Origin: Armatimonadota bacterium | Lineage (GTDB): Bacteria > Armatimonadota > UBA10988 | Direction of reading: 5' to 3' | Length of the DNA stretch: 64,000 nucleotides | Assembly (NCBI GenBank): GCA_016235455.1 | Contig: JACRKZ010000057.1 | Span: 1 to 64,000 of the forward strand | Shown: one piece after another, positions 25,809-35,452 of the stretch | How positions within the stretch are numbered: position 1 is the first letter of the stretch | How the letters are laid out: the number at the start of each line of letters is the position of its first letter | Program-made: the position numbers and the translations under genes | The notes under the pieces: generated by a model | Told to the model about the DNA's origin: nothing | Database searches by the model: none | The model's input: only the letters and a program-made list of their open reading frames with translations

Positions 25809-27068
25809 ATGGAAGGTTACCCGTCGCGTGATGGGCTGGAGGGCATCGCCGCGGAGAAGCCGCGCGCCTTCCACATCATGACCAAGCCCATCGGGCCGTT
25901 GTGCAACCTCGACTGCACCTACTGCTTCTACCTCCGCAAGGAGTCACTCTACCCCGAGGCGCAGGGCGCCACTTGGCGCATGAGCGACGCCGTCCTCGAG
26001 ACCTACATCAGGTCGTACATCGAGGCGCAAGACGTGCCCGAAGTGCACTTCGCCTGGCAGGGCGGCGAGCCGACGCTGCTGGGCGTGCCCTTCTTTGAGC
26101 GGGTGGTAGCGCTGCAGCGGCAGTATCGCCGGCCGGGCATGGTCATCCACAACGCCTTCCAGACCAACGGCACGCTGCTCGACGACGCCTGGGGCGAGTT
26201 CCTTCACCGCCATCATTTCCTGGTGGGGTTGAGCCTGGATGGGCCGCGCGAGATCCACGACCACTTTCGCGTGGACAAGGGCGGCAAGCCGAGCTTCGAC
26301 GCGGTCTACCGTGGGTTGGAGTGTCTGCGCCGCCATAGGGTCGAGCACAACATCCTCTGCGTGATCAACCAGTACAACCAGAGCCGCGGGCTCGATGTCT
26401 ACCGGTTCCTGCGCGGCGAGGGCGAGCGCTTCCTCCAGTTCATCCCAGCGCTGGAGCGGCTCGACGACGGCACTCCGGCGCCGTGGAGCTGCGATGGGCC
26501 GGGGTACGGCGAGTTCCTGTGCGCGATCTTCGACGAGTGGGTCCGGCTTGATGTCGGCACGGTGTTTGTGCAGGCGTTCGACGTGGCACTGCGCGCCTGG
26601 TGCGGGCTCGACCCGGGCTTGTGCGTGTTCAGCGAGACCTGCGGCGCGGCCATGGCGCTGGAGCACAACGGCGACCTGTACAGCTGCGACCACTTCGTCA
26701 CGCCGCACAACAAGCTGGGCAACATCGTCGACACGCCGCTGAGCGAATTGGTGGCCCAACCGTTCCAGCGCCGGTTCGGCACCGACAAGCGCGATGCCCT
26801 GCCGGCCTACTGCCGCGAATGCAGCGTGCGGTTCGCCTGCAATGGCGGCTGCCCCAAGGAGCGTTGGGACCGCACGCCTGCTGGCGAGCCCGGGCTGAGC
26901 TGCCTGTGCGCGGGCTACAAGCGGTTCTTTGGGCACATCGACGCGCCCATGCGGTTCATGGCCGGCGAGATCCAGGCGCAGCGACCACCGGCGGGCGTGA
27001 TGCGCTGGGTGGCGCAGCGCGATGAGCGGGCCGCGCGGCGCCAGGCCGGTGCTGGTGGTGCCACATAG
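25809..27068 (+). CDS. Anaerobic sulfatase maturase (radical SAM + SPASM)
   Basis: KPIGPLCNLDCTYCFY (CxxxCxxC), FAWQGGEP, QTNG, YSCDHFV, C..C.....CNGGCPK, LC.GY. Confidence 0.92.
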   Translation: MEGYPSRDGLEGIAAEKPRAFHIMTKPIGPLCNLDCTYCFYLRKESLYPEAQGATWRMSDAVLETYIRSYIEAQDVPEVHFAWQGGEPTLLGVPFFERVVALQRQYRRPGMVIHNAFQTNGTLLDDAWGEFLHRHHFLVGLSLDGPREIHDHFRVDKGGKPSFDAVYRGLECLRRHRVEHNILCVINQYNQSRGLDVYRFLRGEGERFLQFIPALERLDDGTPAPWSCDGPGYGEFLCAIFDEWVRLDVGTVFVQAFDVALRAWCGLDPGLCVFSETCGAAMALEHNGDLYSCDHFVTPHNKLGNIVDTPLSELVAQPFQRRFGTDKRDALPAYCRECSVRFACNGGCPKERWDRTPAGEPGLSCLCAGYKRFFGHIDAPMRFMAGEIQAQRPPAGVMRWVAQRDERAARRQAGAGGAT

Positions 27069-27135
27069 CACCGCTAGCTCTGGCACCTGACCGCGCGGCT
27101 TGGTATACTCGCTGCGTCGTGGGGAGCAGGTAGTC

Positions 27136-28671
27136 ATGGCCGGCAAGTATGTGATTGGCGTCGACGTTGGCACGCAGAGTCTGCGCGCCATGGTCTTCGA
27201 CCTGAGCGGCAACCCGCTGGGCAGCGCCGCGCAGCCCTATACCACCTACCACGATCGTGTCTCCTGGGCCGAACAGGAGCCCGCCGACTGGTGGAACGCC
27301 GCCGTGGCTTGCGTGCACGGCGCCATGGCGCAGGCGGGGGTGCCGGCCGATGAGGTGGCCGGGCTCAGCGTCGATTCCACGAGCTGCACCGTTGTGCCGG
27401 TCAAGGCGGACGGTACGGTCCTGCGCAGGGCGCTGCTGTGGATGGATGTGCGCAGCGTGGCCCAGGCCGAACGTGTCACCGCCACTGGCCACGACCAGCT
27501 CAAGTACGTCAGCGGTGTCGAGTCCGCCGAATGGATGCTGCCCAAGGCCATGTGGCTCAAGGAGCACCAGCCCGAGATCTGGGCCGAGGCGGATCTAGTC
27601 ATCGAGTGTCAGGACTGGCTGCTGCACCGACTCACGGGACGCTGGGTGGCCGCGCTCAACCAGGTCACCTGCAAGTGGAACTACGCGGCGCCGTCGGGCG
27701 GCTGGCCGACCGATCTCCTGGCCGTGCTCGGTCTGGAGGATCTGGCCGCCAAGTGGCCCCAGGAGGTGCTGCCCATCGGTGCGCCGGTGGGCACCTTGAC
27801 GCCGGCCGCGGCGGCGGCCCTCGGCCTGACCACCGACACGGTGGTGGCCCAGGGCGGCATCGACGCCTACACGGGCATGTTAGGCCTGGGCGTGGTGGAG
27901 CCTGGGCAGATGGCGCTGGTCATGGGCACCTCCACCTGCCATCTGGCGCTGTGTGAGCGCGGGCTGTTCGACAGCCATGTGTGGGGCCCGTACCCCGACG
28001 CTCTGATGCCGGGCACCTGGGTGCTCGAAGGCGGGCAGACCACCACGGGCGCCATCGTCACCTGGTTCCGCGACCAGTTTGGGGCGCAGGCCGAGGCCGA
28101 CGCCGAACGCCGCGGGGTCAGTGTGTGGGAAGTGCTCGACGAGCAGGCCGCCGCGGTGCCGGCGGGCAGCGAGGGGCTGGTCCTGCTGGATTGGTTCCAA
28201 GGCAACCGCACGCCGCTGCGTGACCCGCGTGCGCGGGGTGGGCTGGTCGGCCTGAGCCTCAAGCACAACGCGGCGCACATCTTCCGGTCCATCTATGAGG
28301 GCACGGCGTACGGCACGCGGCACATCCTAGACGATCTGACCGCGGCGGGCTTCCAGGCCAGCGGCATCTTCGCCTGCGGTGGCGGCACCAAGTCGGCGCT
28401 GTGGCTGCAGATCCATGCCGATGTGTGTGGCGTGCCGCTGTACCTGACCAAGGTGGCCGATGCGACCTGCCTGGGCACGGCCGTGGCCGCCGCGGCCGGT
28501 GCCGGCTGCTACGACGGGGTGGTGGCCGCGGCGCGCGCCATGGTGCAGGTAGAGCGCGAGATCCAGCCCGACCCGGCCATGGCCGAGGCCTACGAACCTT
28601 ACTACCGCAACTACGTCGGGCTGTATCCGGCGCTGGTGGAGACCATGCACGATTTGGCGGACCGCGGGTGA
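27136..28671 (+). CDS. FGGY-family carbohydrate kinase (ribulokinase/xylulokinase-like)
   Basis: IGVDVGTQS, EQ.P.DWW, LWMD.R, GGIDA, GTSTC, EGGQ, QGNRTP, GGGTKS.LW.QI.ADV; -10 TATACT at about 27104. Confidence 0.9.
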   Translation: MAGKYVIGVDVGTQSLRAMVFDLSGNPLGSAAQPYTTYHDRVSWAEQEPADWWNAAVACVHGAMAQAGVPADEVAGLSVDSTSCTVVPVKADGTVLRRALLWMDVRSVAQAERVTATGHDQLKYVSGVESAEWMLPKAMWLKEHQPEIWAEADLVIECQDWLLHRLTGRWVAALNQVTCKWNYAAPSGGWPTDLLAVLGLEDLAAKWPQEVLPIGAPVGTLTPAAAAALGLTTDTVVAQGGIDAYTGMLGLGVVEPGQMALVMGTSTCHLALCERGLFDSHVWGPYPDALMPGTWVLEGGQTTTGAIVTWFRDQFGAQAEADAERRGVSVWEVLDEQAAAVPAGSEGLVLLDWFQGNRTPLRDPRARGGLVGLSLKHNAAHIFRSIYEGTAYGTRHILDDLTAAGFQASGIFACGGGTKSALWLQIHADVCGVPLYLTKVADATCLGTAVAAAAGAGCYDGVVAAARAMVQVEREIQPDPAMAEAYEPYYRNYVGLYPALVETMHDLADRG

Positions 28672-29189
28672 TGATGACACGGCGCAAGCGACAGCGTGGC
28701 GGCTGTTTGGGTCGCATGGTGGGCGTGGCCGCGGCGGCCGCTCTGGTGGCTGTGCCGGTGGGTCTGGCGCTGCCTGATGACCTCGTGGGCCGGGTGCTGG
28801 CGACCGTCTATCCGGGCGGTGGCTGGGATCTCGGCGACCCGCAGTTGGTCGAGAGTTGGCGCTGGATCATCGGCGGTGCGGCCGGCCTGCTGGCGGCGCT
28901 GGCGCTGGTGGTGCTGAGCGCCGTGGCGCGGCGGCGGAGCAGACGAGCGGTGCGGCGCGACACGGTCGAGGCGCAACTGGCCAAGGCGGTTCGCGGGGGC
29001 GACCTGGAGACGGTCCGCGCCTGCGCCGAGCAGTTGAGCGTGACGGCCGGTGCCGAAGCAGTGCCGGTGCTCATGGCGGCGCTAGAGGCGCCGCTGGACG
29101 ATGAGACACGACGCGCGTTGGCGGCGGCCCTCTACCGGTTGGGCCGAGCCGTCACGGCGGAGATCTCGCCGCGACCGAGACGGGTCTGA
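28671..29189 (+). CDS. Hypothetical membrane protein with C-terminal HEAT-like helices
   Basis: Two hydrophobic segments, then AVPVLMAAL..RRALAAALYRLG; start overlaps the kinase stop. Confidence 0.55.
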   Translation: MMTRRKRQRGGCLGRMVGVAAAAALVAVPVGLALPDDLVGRVLATVYPGGGWDLGDPQLVESWRWIIGGAAGLLAALALVVLSAVARRRSRRAVRRDTVEAQLAKAVRGGDLETVRACAEQLSVTAGAEAVPVLMAALEAPLDDETRRALAAALYRLGRAVTAEISPRPRRV

Positions 29190-29249
29190 GGCGAGCGGCC
29201 GCGGCGCGTAAGCCGTGGCCAGGCCGAGTACAGCGAGGGTGAGGCAGTC

Positions 29250-29618
29250 ATGGCCAAGACGATACTGGTCGCCGATGATGAAGTCCATATCGTGCGCATA
29301 CTCAAGGACACGCTGGAGAAGCGCGGCTATCGGGTAGTCACCGCCGCCGACGGTCGAGAGGCTGTCGACCTGGCCGTCGCCGAGCAGCCGGATCTGATCT
29401 TCCTCGACGTCATGATGCCGCACCTGAGCGGGTTCGAGGTCTGCCAGACGCTGCGCGGCGAGCACGGCTTGACCACGCCCATCTTCCTGCTCACCGCACG
29501 CGGTCAGGAGCGCGACCTGACCATGGGCCAAGAGGCCGGTGCCGACCGCTACCTGACCAAGCCGTTCAGCCCGCGCAGCCTGGCTGACCTGGTCGATGAG
29601 ACCCTTGGCGGCGCCTGA
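29250..29618 (+). CDS. Single-domain response regulator (receiver)
   Basis: ILVADDE, PDLIFLDVMMP, FLLTA, YLTKPFS. Confidence 0.92.
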   Translation: MAKTILVADDEVHIVRILKDTLEKRGYRVVTAADGREAVDLAVAEQPDLIFLDVMMPHLSGFEVCQTLRGEHGLTTPIFLLTARGQERDLTMGQEAGADRYLTKPFSPRSLADLVDETLGGA

Positions 29619-30855
29619 GCCGCGCACCGTACCCCTGGACCGACTGGGTGCGCTCGCTTGCGAGCGCCTGCGCACCGTAGCCCGCGCGGCCGGCGGGCGG
29701 GCGTGGTTGGTTGGCGGTGCGGTGCGTGATCTGCTTCTGAAGCGGCCCGTGGGCGATCTCGACGTCGTCGTCGAATCGCCGGCCGACGCTGTCGCCGCGC
29801 GCTTGCCGGTCGAGGTGGTGGCGCGCAGCCAGTTCGGTACGGTGGTCATCCGTTGGCCCGACGGCGACGAATGGGATCTGGTCACCGCGCGCTCGGAGGC
29901 CTACGCCCATCCGGCGGCCCTGCCCACCGTCGCGCCGGGCGATCTCTCGCAGGATCTGGCGCGCCGCGACTTCACGGTGAACGCCATGGCCGCGGCCTTG
30001 GCCGACGACAACTGGGGCGGGCTGACCGACCGTCACGACGGCCTGCGCGACTTGGCCGCGGGACGGCTGCGCGTGCTCCACGAGCAGAGCTTTGTCGACG
30101 ACCCCACGCGCATGTTCCGCCTCCATCGCTATGCGGCGCGGCTGGGCTTCTCGCCCGACAAGAGCCAGCGCGCCTGGTTCTTCCGCGCCCAGCGCGTGGG
30201 CGCGCTGGCGCGCTTGAGTGGCGAGCGCGTGCGGGCCGAACTGGAGCGCTCACTGAGTGGCGACGACTGGTTCGTCCAGTTGCGCGCGTTGCTCAACAGC
30301 GGCCTGCTGGCCATGGTTATGCCGCGCGTGGTCAGCCCCGATAGCCGGTGCGCGCCGCTGGAGGAGGCTGTGGCAGCCTGGCAGGGCGCGGGCTGGCCTC
30401 TGCCGCCGCTGCTGTGGCTGGTGCGACTCGAGCTGGCGCTGCCTGTGCGGCGCGATCAGCGCGACAGCATGGCCGCGCGCCTGGCCGAGCGGCTCAGCCT
30501 GACCGAGGCACAACGCAGCCTGCTGGCCACGCCGCTGCTGCCACCGCTCGATCCAGATGGGCCGCCGTCGCGCCTGGCGGCCCATCTCGATGGCGTAACC
30601 GACGCGCAACTGCTCCTGCTCATGTGCCACTCACCGAGGCTGGCCGAACCTGTGGTAACCTATCGACGGTACCACCAGGCGCTGCGCCCAACGCTGCGCG
30701 GCGACGACCTGCGCGCCATGGGGCTCGAACCGGGCCCGGCCATGGGCCGCGTGCTGGCCGAGCTGCGCGCCGCGCGCATCGACGGTCACGTCGCCGACGA
30801 CGACGCCGAGCGCGAACTGGCGCTGGCGCTGGTGGCGAGGGAACGCGATGCCTGA
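29596..30855 (+). CDS. tRNA nucleotidyltransferase (class II CCA/A-adding family)
   Basis: LVGGAVRDLL..DLDVV, FGT, TARSE.Y.HP.ALP.V, DL.RRDFTVNAMA, SFVDDPTR. Confidence 0.88.
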   Translation: MRPLAAPEPRTVPLDRLGALACERLRTVARAAGGRAWLVGGAVRDLLLKRPVGDLDVVVESPADAVAARLPVEVVARSQFGTVVIRWPDGDEWDLVTARSEAYAHPAALPTVAPGDLSQDLARRDFTVNAMAAALADDNWGGLTDRHDGLRDLAAGRLRVLHEQSFVDDPTRMFRLHRYAARLGFSPDKSQRAWFFRAQRVGALARLSGERVRAELERSLSGDDWFVQLRALLNSGLLAMVMPRVVSPDSRCAPLEEAVAAWQGAGWPLPPLLWLVRLELALPVRRDQRDSMAARLAERLSLTEAQRSLLATPLLPPLDPDGPPSRLAAHLDGVTDAQLLLLMCHSPRLAEPVVTYRRYHQALRPTLRGDDLRAMGLEPGPAMGRVLAELRAARIDGHVADDDAERELALALVARERDA

Positions 30856-31549
30856 GGACCCGACACGGCTGGTGGTGAAGCTGATCATCACGCTGCCGAT
30901 CTTCATGTTCAGTCTGACGGTGCATGAGTTCGCCCACGGCTGGATGGCGCGTCGCTTCGGCGACCACACCGCCGAGGACGCCGGCCGGCTGACGCTCGAC
31001 CCGCGCGCGCACATCGACCCGTTCGGCCTGCTGCTGTTCATCTTCGCCTCGCTCACGGGGTTCGGCTTCGGCTGGGCCAAGCCCGTGCCGGTCAATCTGG
31101 GCAACTGCCGCAACCCGCTGCGGGCCATGTTCTGGGTGGCGGCAGCAGGGCCGCTGAGCAACTTGCTCCAGGCCGCGCTGGCGGTGCTCGTGTTGCTCGT
31201 GCTCAAGCTCGCCGGCGTGGGCATGTTGTCCGTGGCCATGCTGGGCAATGCCGGGCTGCTGGTGCTGGGCGAGCCGCTGGGCGTCGGTCTGACCATCGGC
31301 GCGCTGGCCAGCTACTACCTGATCATCAACCTGGCGCTGATGCTGTTCAACCTGATCCCGCTGCCGCCGCTGGATGGCGGGCGCATCGCCGTCAGTCTGT
31401 TGCCGTATCGCTTCGCCAAGCCGCTGGCGCAGTTGGAGCAGTACGGGTTCATCATCCTGATCGTCCTGCTCCAGGTGGGCGTGACCAAGGTGCTCGTCGG
31501 CGCCCCGCTGGTCTACGTCATCACCCACCTGGCGAAGGCGCTGGGCTGA
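30848..31549 (+). CDS. Site-2 protease (peptidase M50)
   Basis: HEFAH (HExxH), GWAKPVPV, AAAGPLSN, FNLIPLPPLDG. Confidence 0.92.
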   Translation: MPEDPTRLVVKLIITLPIFMFSLTVHEFAHGWMARRFGDHTAEDAGRLTLDPRAHIDPFGLLLFIFASLTGFGFGWAKPVPVNLGNCRNPLRAMFWVAAAGPLSNLLQAALAVLVLLVLKLAGVGMLSVAMLGNAGLLVLGEPLGVGLTIGALASYYLIINLALMLFNLIPLPPLDGGRIAVSLLPYRFAKPLAQLEQYGFIILIVLLQVGVTKVLVGAPLVYVITHLAKALG

Positions 31550-31616
31550 GTGTCGCCCTGGCCGGCCCCAGCTCAGCGGGCATCGATCGTTGCGTGGCCA
31601 GACGAGGAGTGAGTTC

Positions 31617-32597
31617 ATGCCCAAGCGGGTGCTATCGGGAGTCAAGCCGTCGGCCGAGATGATGCATCTCGGCAACTGGTTCGGCGCCGTGCGTCAGTTC
31701 GTGGAGTTGCAGGCGACGGAGGACAACTACATCTTCATCGCCGACTACCACGCCATGACGACCGTCCACGATGCCAAGCAGTTGCGCGCCAACAGCCTGG
31801 AGATCGCCACGCAGTACATGGCCTGCGGGCTCGACCCCGCGCACACCGTACTGTGGCGCCAGAGCGATGTGCCCGAGGTCTGTGAGCTGACCTGGCTGCT
31901 CTCGTGCGTCACCGGCATGGGCCTGCTGGAGCGGGCTCATGGCTACAAGTCGGCCAGGCAGGAGGGCCGCGATGTGTCGATGGGCCTGTTCTGCTACCCC
32001 GTGCTCATGGCCGCCGACATCCTGGCCTACGAGGCCGACATTGTGCCGGTGGGCGAAGACCAGGTGCAGCATGTCGAGATGACCCGCGACATGGCTGAGC
32101 GCTTCAACAACACCTATGGCGATACGCTGAAGCTGCCTGCCTATCGGCTGGCCAAGGGCGCGCTGCGGGTGCCGGGCGTCGATGGGCAGAAAATGTCCAA
32201 GAGCTACGGCAACACCATCGGCCTGTTTGAGCCCGAAGGCGCCATGAAGAAGAAGATCATGGGCATCGTCACCGATTCGACGCCCATGGGCACGCCGCTG
32301 GACCCGGACAAGTGCACGGTGTTCGCGCTGCACACGCTGTTCCCCGGCGACGACCTGGAGGAGTTGCGCGCGGCCTATCTGTCTGGCACCATCGGCTATG
32401 GCGGCGCCAAGAAGGCGCTGCTGACCAAGGTGCTCGACGCGCTGGCGCCGATTCGCGCGCGCTATGACGAGCTCAAGCGCGACCCGAGCTACGTGGCCGA
32501 CGTGCTGCGCGAGGGCGCGGTCAAGGCCCGCCTCGTGGCGCGCCGCACCATGGACGCCTGCCGATTGGCCGCCGGCTTCGCTGACCCAGTCGGATGA
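31617..32597 (+). CDS. trpS: Tryptophan--tRNA ligase
   Basis: LSG..PS..HLGN, ADYHA.T, YPVLMAADIL, VPVGEDQ.QH, KMSKSY; RBS GAGGAG. Confidence 0.96.
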   Translation: MPKRVLSGVKPSAEMMHLGNWFGAVRQFVELQATEDNYIFIADYHAMTTVHDAKQLRANSLEIATQYMACGLDPAHTVLWRQSDVPEVCELTWLLSCVTGMGLLERAHGYKSARQEGRDVSMGLFCYPVLMAADILAYEADIVPVGEDQVQHVEMTRDMAERFNNTYGDTLKLPAYRLAKGALRVPGVDGQKMSKSYGNTIGLFEPEGAMKKKIMGIVTDSTPMGTPLDPDKCTVFALHTLFPGDDLEELRAAYLSGTIGYGGAKKALLTKVLDALAPIRARYDELKRDPSYVADVLREGAVKARLVARRTMDACRLAAGFADPVG

Positions 32598-33367
32598 GCG
32601 CCGTACCAGCACCGGTCCCAGCCGTCGCCGACGACGACCGCCGCTACCGCGGCTATGTGGTTGACCTGGAGGCGTTCTCCGGGCCGCTGGACCTGCTGCT
32701 GTCGCTGATCCGGCGCGAGCAGGTGGATGTCTTCGACATCCCCATCGCCCAGATCACCGACCAGTACCTGGCGGCGCTGGTGGGTATGCACGACAACCGG
32801 GTCACGGTGACCGGCGAATTCATGGTCATGGCGGCCACCTTGATGCAGATCAAGGCGCGCATGTTGTTGCCCCGGCCGCCGGTGGCCGAGGGCGAGGAGC
32901 CGCCCGAAGACCCGCGTGCCGAGCTGGTGCGCATGCTGCTCGACTACGAGGCGTTCCGCGAGGCGGCGCGCTTGCTGGACGACCTGGCGCAGCAGCGCAG
33001 CCGCATGGTGCAGGTGCCGGGCGAGGAGGTCGATACCGGCCCGCGCGACCTCAAACCGGTCAACGTGACGGCGCTGTTCGAAGCGTTCGAGCGCGTGCTG
33101 AAGCGTTCGGTGCCGCCGGAGGTGCCGCGCGTGCGTGAGCAGGAGTTCACCGTCGCACAGCAGGCGGTGCGGCTGCTGACGCTCACGGCGCTGGGCGCGG
33201 TGAGTTTCGAGCAAGTATTCACCGGTCGGCCGAGCCGTCTGGAGGTGGTCGTCACCTTCATGGCCGTGCTCGACCTGGTGCGTGGCGGGCGGCTGGTGGC
33301 CGAGCAGAGCCGCGTGTTTGGCGAGATTGTGTTGCGCCGACCCCAAGGAGCCGAGCAGCGTGGTTGA
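32594..33367 (+). CDS. scpA: Segregation and condensation protein A
   Basis: F.GPLDLLL.LI, I.QIT.QYL, EF.VMAATL..IK.R.LLP, TF.A.L.L. Confidence 0.93.
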   Translation: MSAVPAPVPAVADDDRRYRGYVVDLEAFSGPLDLLLSLIRREQVDVFDIPIAQITDQYLAALVGMHDNRVTVTGEFMVMAATLMQIKARMLLPRPPVAEGEEPPEDPRAELVRMLLDYEAFREAARLLDDLAQQRSRMVQVPGEEVDTGPRDLKPVNVTALFEAFERVLKRSVPPEVPRVREQEFTVAQQAVRLLTLTALGAVSFEQVFTGRPSRLEVVVTFMAVLDLVRGGRLVAEQSRVFGEIVLRRPQGAEQRG

Positions 33368-33908
33368 GGGCGAGACCCAGGCAACAGAGCCGATGGAGGT
33401 CGACGAGACGCTGGTCCCGTTGGCCGAAGCGCTGCTGTTCGCCGCGGGACGCGTCGTCACCACCGCTGAACTGGCGACCGCGGCACAGGTGGAGCCGGCC
33501 GCCATGGAGACCGCGCTCACGGGCCTGGAGGCCGGCCTGGTGGGTCGCGGCGTGGCGCTGTTGCGGCTGGCCGGCGGCTGGCGCCTGGCCACGCGGCCCG
33601 AGTTCGTCGAGCCGGTGCGTGAGCTGCTCAAGCCGCCGGCCATGCGGCTCTCGCCGGCCCGGCTGGAGACCCTGGCCATCGTGGCCTACCGGCAGCCGGT
33701 GAGCCGCGCCGAGGTCGAGGCCGTGCGCGGCGTTGACTGCTCGGCCACGCTGCGGGCGCTGCTTGAACTGGATCTGGTGGAACTGCGTGGCCGCCGGCAG
33801 GACAAGCCCGGCCGGCCGTTGACCTACGGCACCTCGGTGCGGTTCCTGGAAGAGTTTGGTCTGGCCGGCATCGAAGACCTGCCGCGCCTCGAGGAGTTGG
33901 AGTCGTGA
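33360..33908 (+). CDS. scpB: Segregation and condensation protein B
   Basis: EALLFA, LS.A.LETLAIVAYRQPVSRAE.EA.RGV, GRP..YGT..FL..FGL..LP; start approximate (GTG 33360 after AAGGAG). Confidence 0.93.
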   Translation: MVEGETQATEPMEVDETLVPLAEALLFAAGRVVTTAELATAAQVEPAAMETALTGLEAGLVGRGVALLRLAGGWRLATRPEFVEPVRELLKPPAMRLSPARLETLAIVAYRQPVSRAEVEAVRGVDCSATLRALLELDLVELRGRRQDKPGRPLTYGTSVRFLEEFGLAGIEDLPRLEELES

Positions 33909-35452
33909 GCGTGCGCAAGGCATGGCTCTGGTGCGTGCTGGCCGCCGTGATCGTGGCGCCGGCGACGCTGGCCCAGGATCCCGACGAGGGCAACGACAGC
34001 ATGGTGCCCCAGGGCAATCTGCCGCGCCCCAAGGCCAAGAACCCTGATCCGCGCTCGGGTCTGGGGCCCAAGCCCGGCCACCTGGCGCCGGTCGACTCCG
34101 CGCCGCACCGGCTGCCAGCCACGCTGTCGCGCGCCGATGGCAAGCCGTTCACCTGCACCGCCATGGGGCTGGTGGATATCGCCACCGGGCAGATCCTGTA
34201 TGGCAACAACCTGTCGGAGAAGATGCATCCGGCCAGTTGCACCAAGATCCTGACCACGCTGCTGGCGCTGGAGGACGTCGAGGCGGGCCGCGCCAAGCTG
34301 GGCGACATGGTCATCATCAGCAAGGCCGCCGCGACCACTGGCGAGAGCGGTCTGTGGCTGCAGCTCGGCGAGCGCATGAGCCTGCACGACCTGCTGGTGG
34401 GCGTGATGGTGCGCAGCGCCAACGACGCCTCGCGTGCGGTGGCCGAGTACCTGGGCCGCGGCGACGCGGCGGCCTTCATCCGGCGCATGAACCAGCGCGC
34501 CGTCGAGCTCGGCGCGGTGAGCACGCACTTCGTCAACCCGCACGGCCTGCACATGGACCTGGACGGCAACGCCAAGGGCGGCGACGACCACTGGACCACG
34601 CCATACGACCTGCTGTTGTTCACCATGACCGCCTGGAAGTACCCGTTCTTCCGGCAGCTCTGCTTGATGAACGGTGAGCCCGTGTCGTGGGAGCAGATGC
34701 GCGTGGACCCGCGCACCCTCAAGGACCCCAAGCAGGCGCCCAAGCCGCATCCGGCGTACCGCATCATCCCCAATCGCAACAAGCTGCTGCACCGCTACAG
34801 CGAGTGCGTGGGCGTGAAGACGGGCTTCACCAAGCAGGCCGGCGCGTGCCTGGTGTCGGCGGCGATGCGTGGCGATCGGGCCGTCATGGCGGTGACCATG
34901 CACTCGACCAGCGGGCAGGACCGCTGGGAAGAGGCGGAGGCGCTGCTGCGCTTCGGCCTCGACCAGTTCCACAGTGTGTCGCTGGTCAAGGCGGGCCAGA
35001 GCGTGCAGGAGGTGCCGGTGACGGGCGGCTTGGAGGCCAGTGTGCCGGCCATCTCCAGCGAGGATGTGACCGTCGTCTGGCCGCGCGCCACAGAGGCGCC
35101 GAGGCCGGTCTTCTCCGTGCAGAAGCAGGTGGAGGCGCCCTTGCCGCTGGGCCTGCCGCTGGGCACGATGTTGCTTAAGATGCCCTCTGGCGAAGTGCGC
35201 CAGGTGGGCCTGACCGCCGGCCGTGAGGTCGGGCGAGCGGGGCTCCTGCTGGGGCCGTGGGCCATGTGGCTGCTGTTCGGACTGACGGCGGTGGGAGTGG
35301 TGTGCTATGGAGCGATTGCAGAAACTCATCGCCGCCGCGGGCATCTGCTCGCGTCGAGCGGCCGAACAATTGATCCGCGATGGACGGGTGCGGGTCAATG
35401 GCAAAGTGGTGCGCGAACTGGGCTCGAAGGCGTCGCCGACGGATCTGATTGA
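33905..35452 (+). CDS. D-alanyl-D-alanine carboxypeptidase (peptidase S11, PBP5-like)
   Basis: Signal peptide; PASCTK (SxxK), SAND (SxN), FVNPHGL, KTGFT (KTG); C-terminal TM helix; overlaps rluB by 146 nt. Confidence 0.9.
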   Translation: MSVRKAWLWCVLAAVIVAPATLAQDPDEGNDSMVPQGNLPRPKAKNPDPRSGLGPKPGHLAPVDSAPHRLPATLSRADGKPFTCTAMGLVDIATGQILYGNNLSEKMHPASCTKILTTLLALEDVEAGRAKLGDMVIISKAAATTGESGLWLQLGERMSLHDLLVGVMVRSANDASRAVAEYLGRGDAAAFIRRMNQRAVELGAVSTHFVNPHGLHMDLDGNAKGGDDHWTTPYDLLLFTMTAWKYPFFRQLCLMNGEPVSWEQMRVDPRTLKDPKQAPKPHPAYRIIPNRNKLLHRYSECVGVKTGFTKQAGACLVSAAMRGDRAVMAVTMHSTSGQDRWEEAEALLRFGLDQFHSVSLVKAGQSVQEVPVTGGLEASVPAISSEDVTVVWPRATEAPRPVFSVQKQVEAPLPLGLPLGTMLLKMPSGEVRQVGLTAGREVGRAGLLLGPWAMWLLFGLTAVGVVCYGAIAETHRRRGHLLASSGRTIDPRWTGAGQWQSGARTGLEGVADGSD

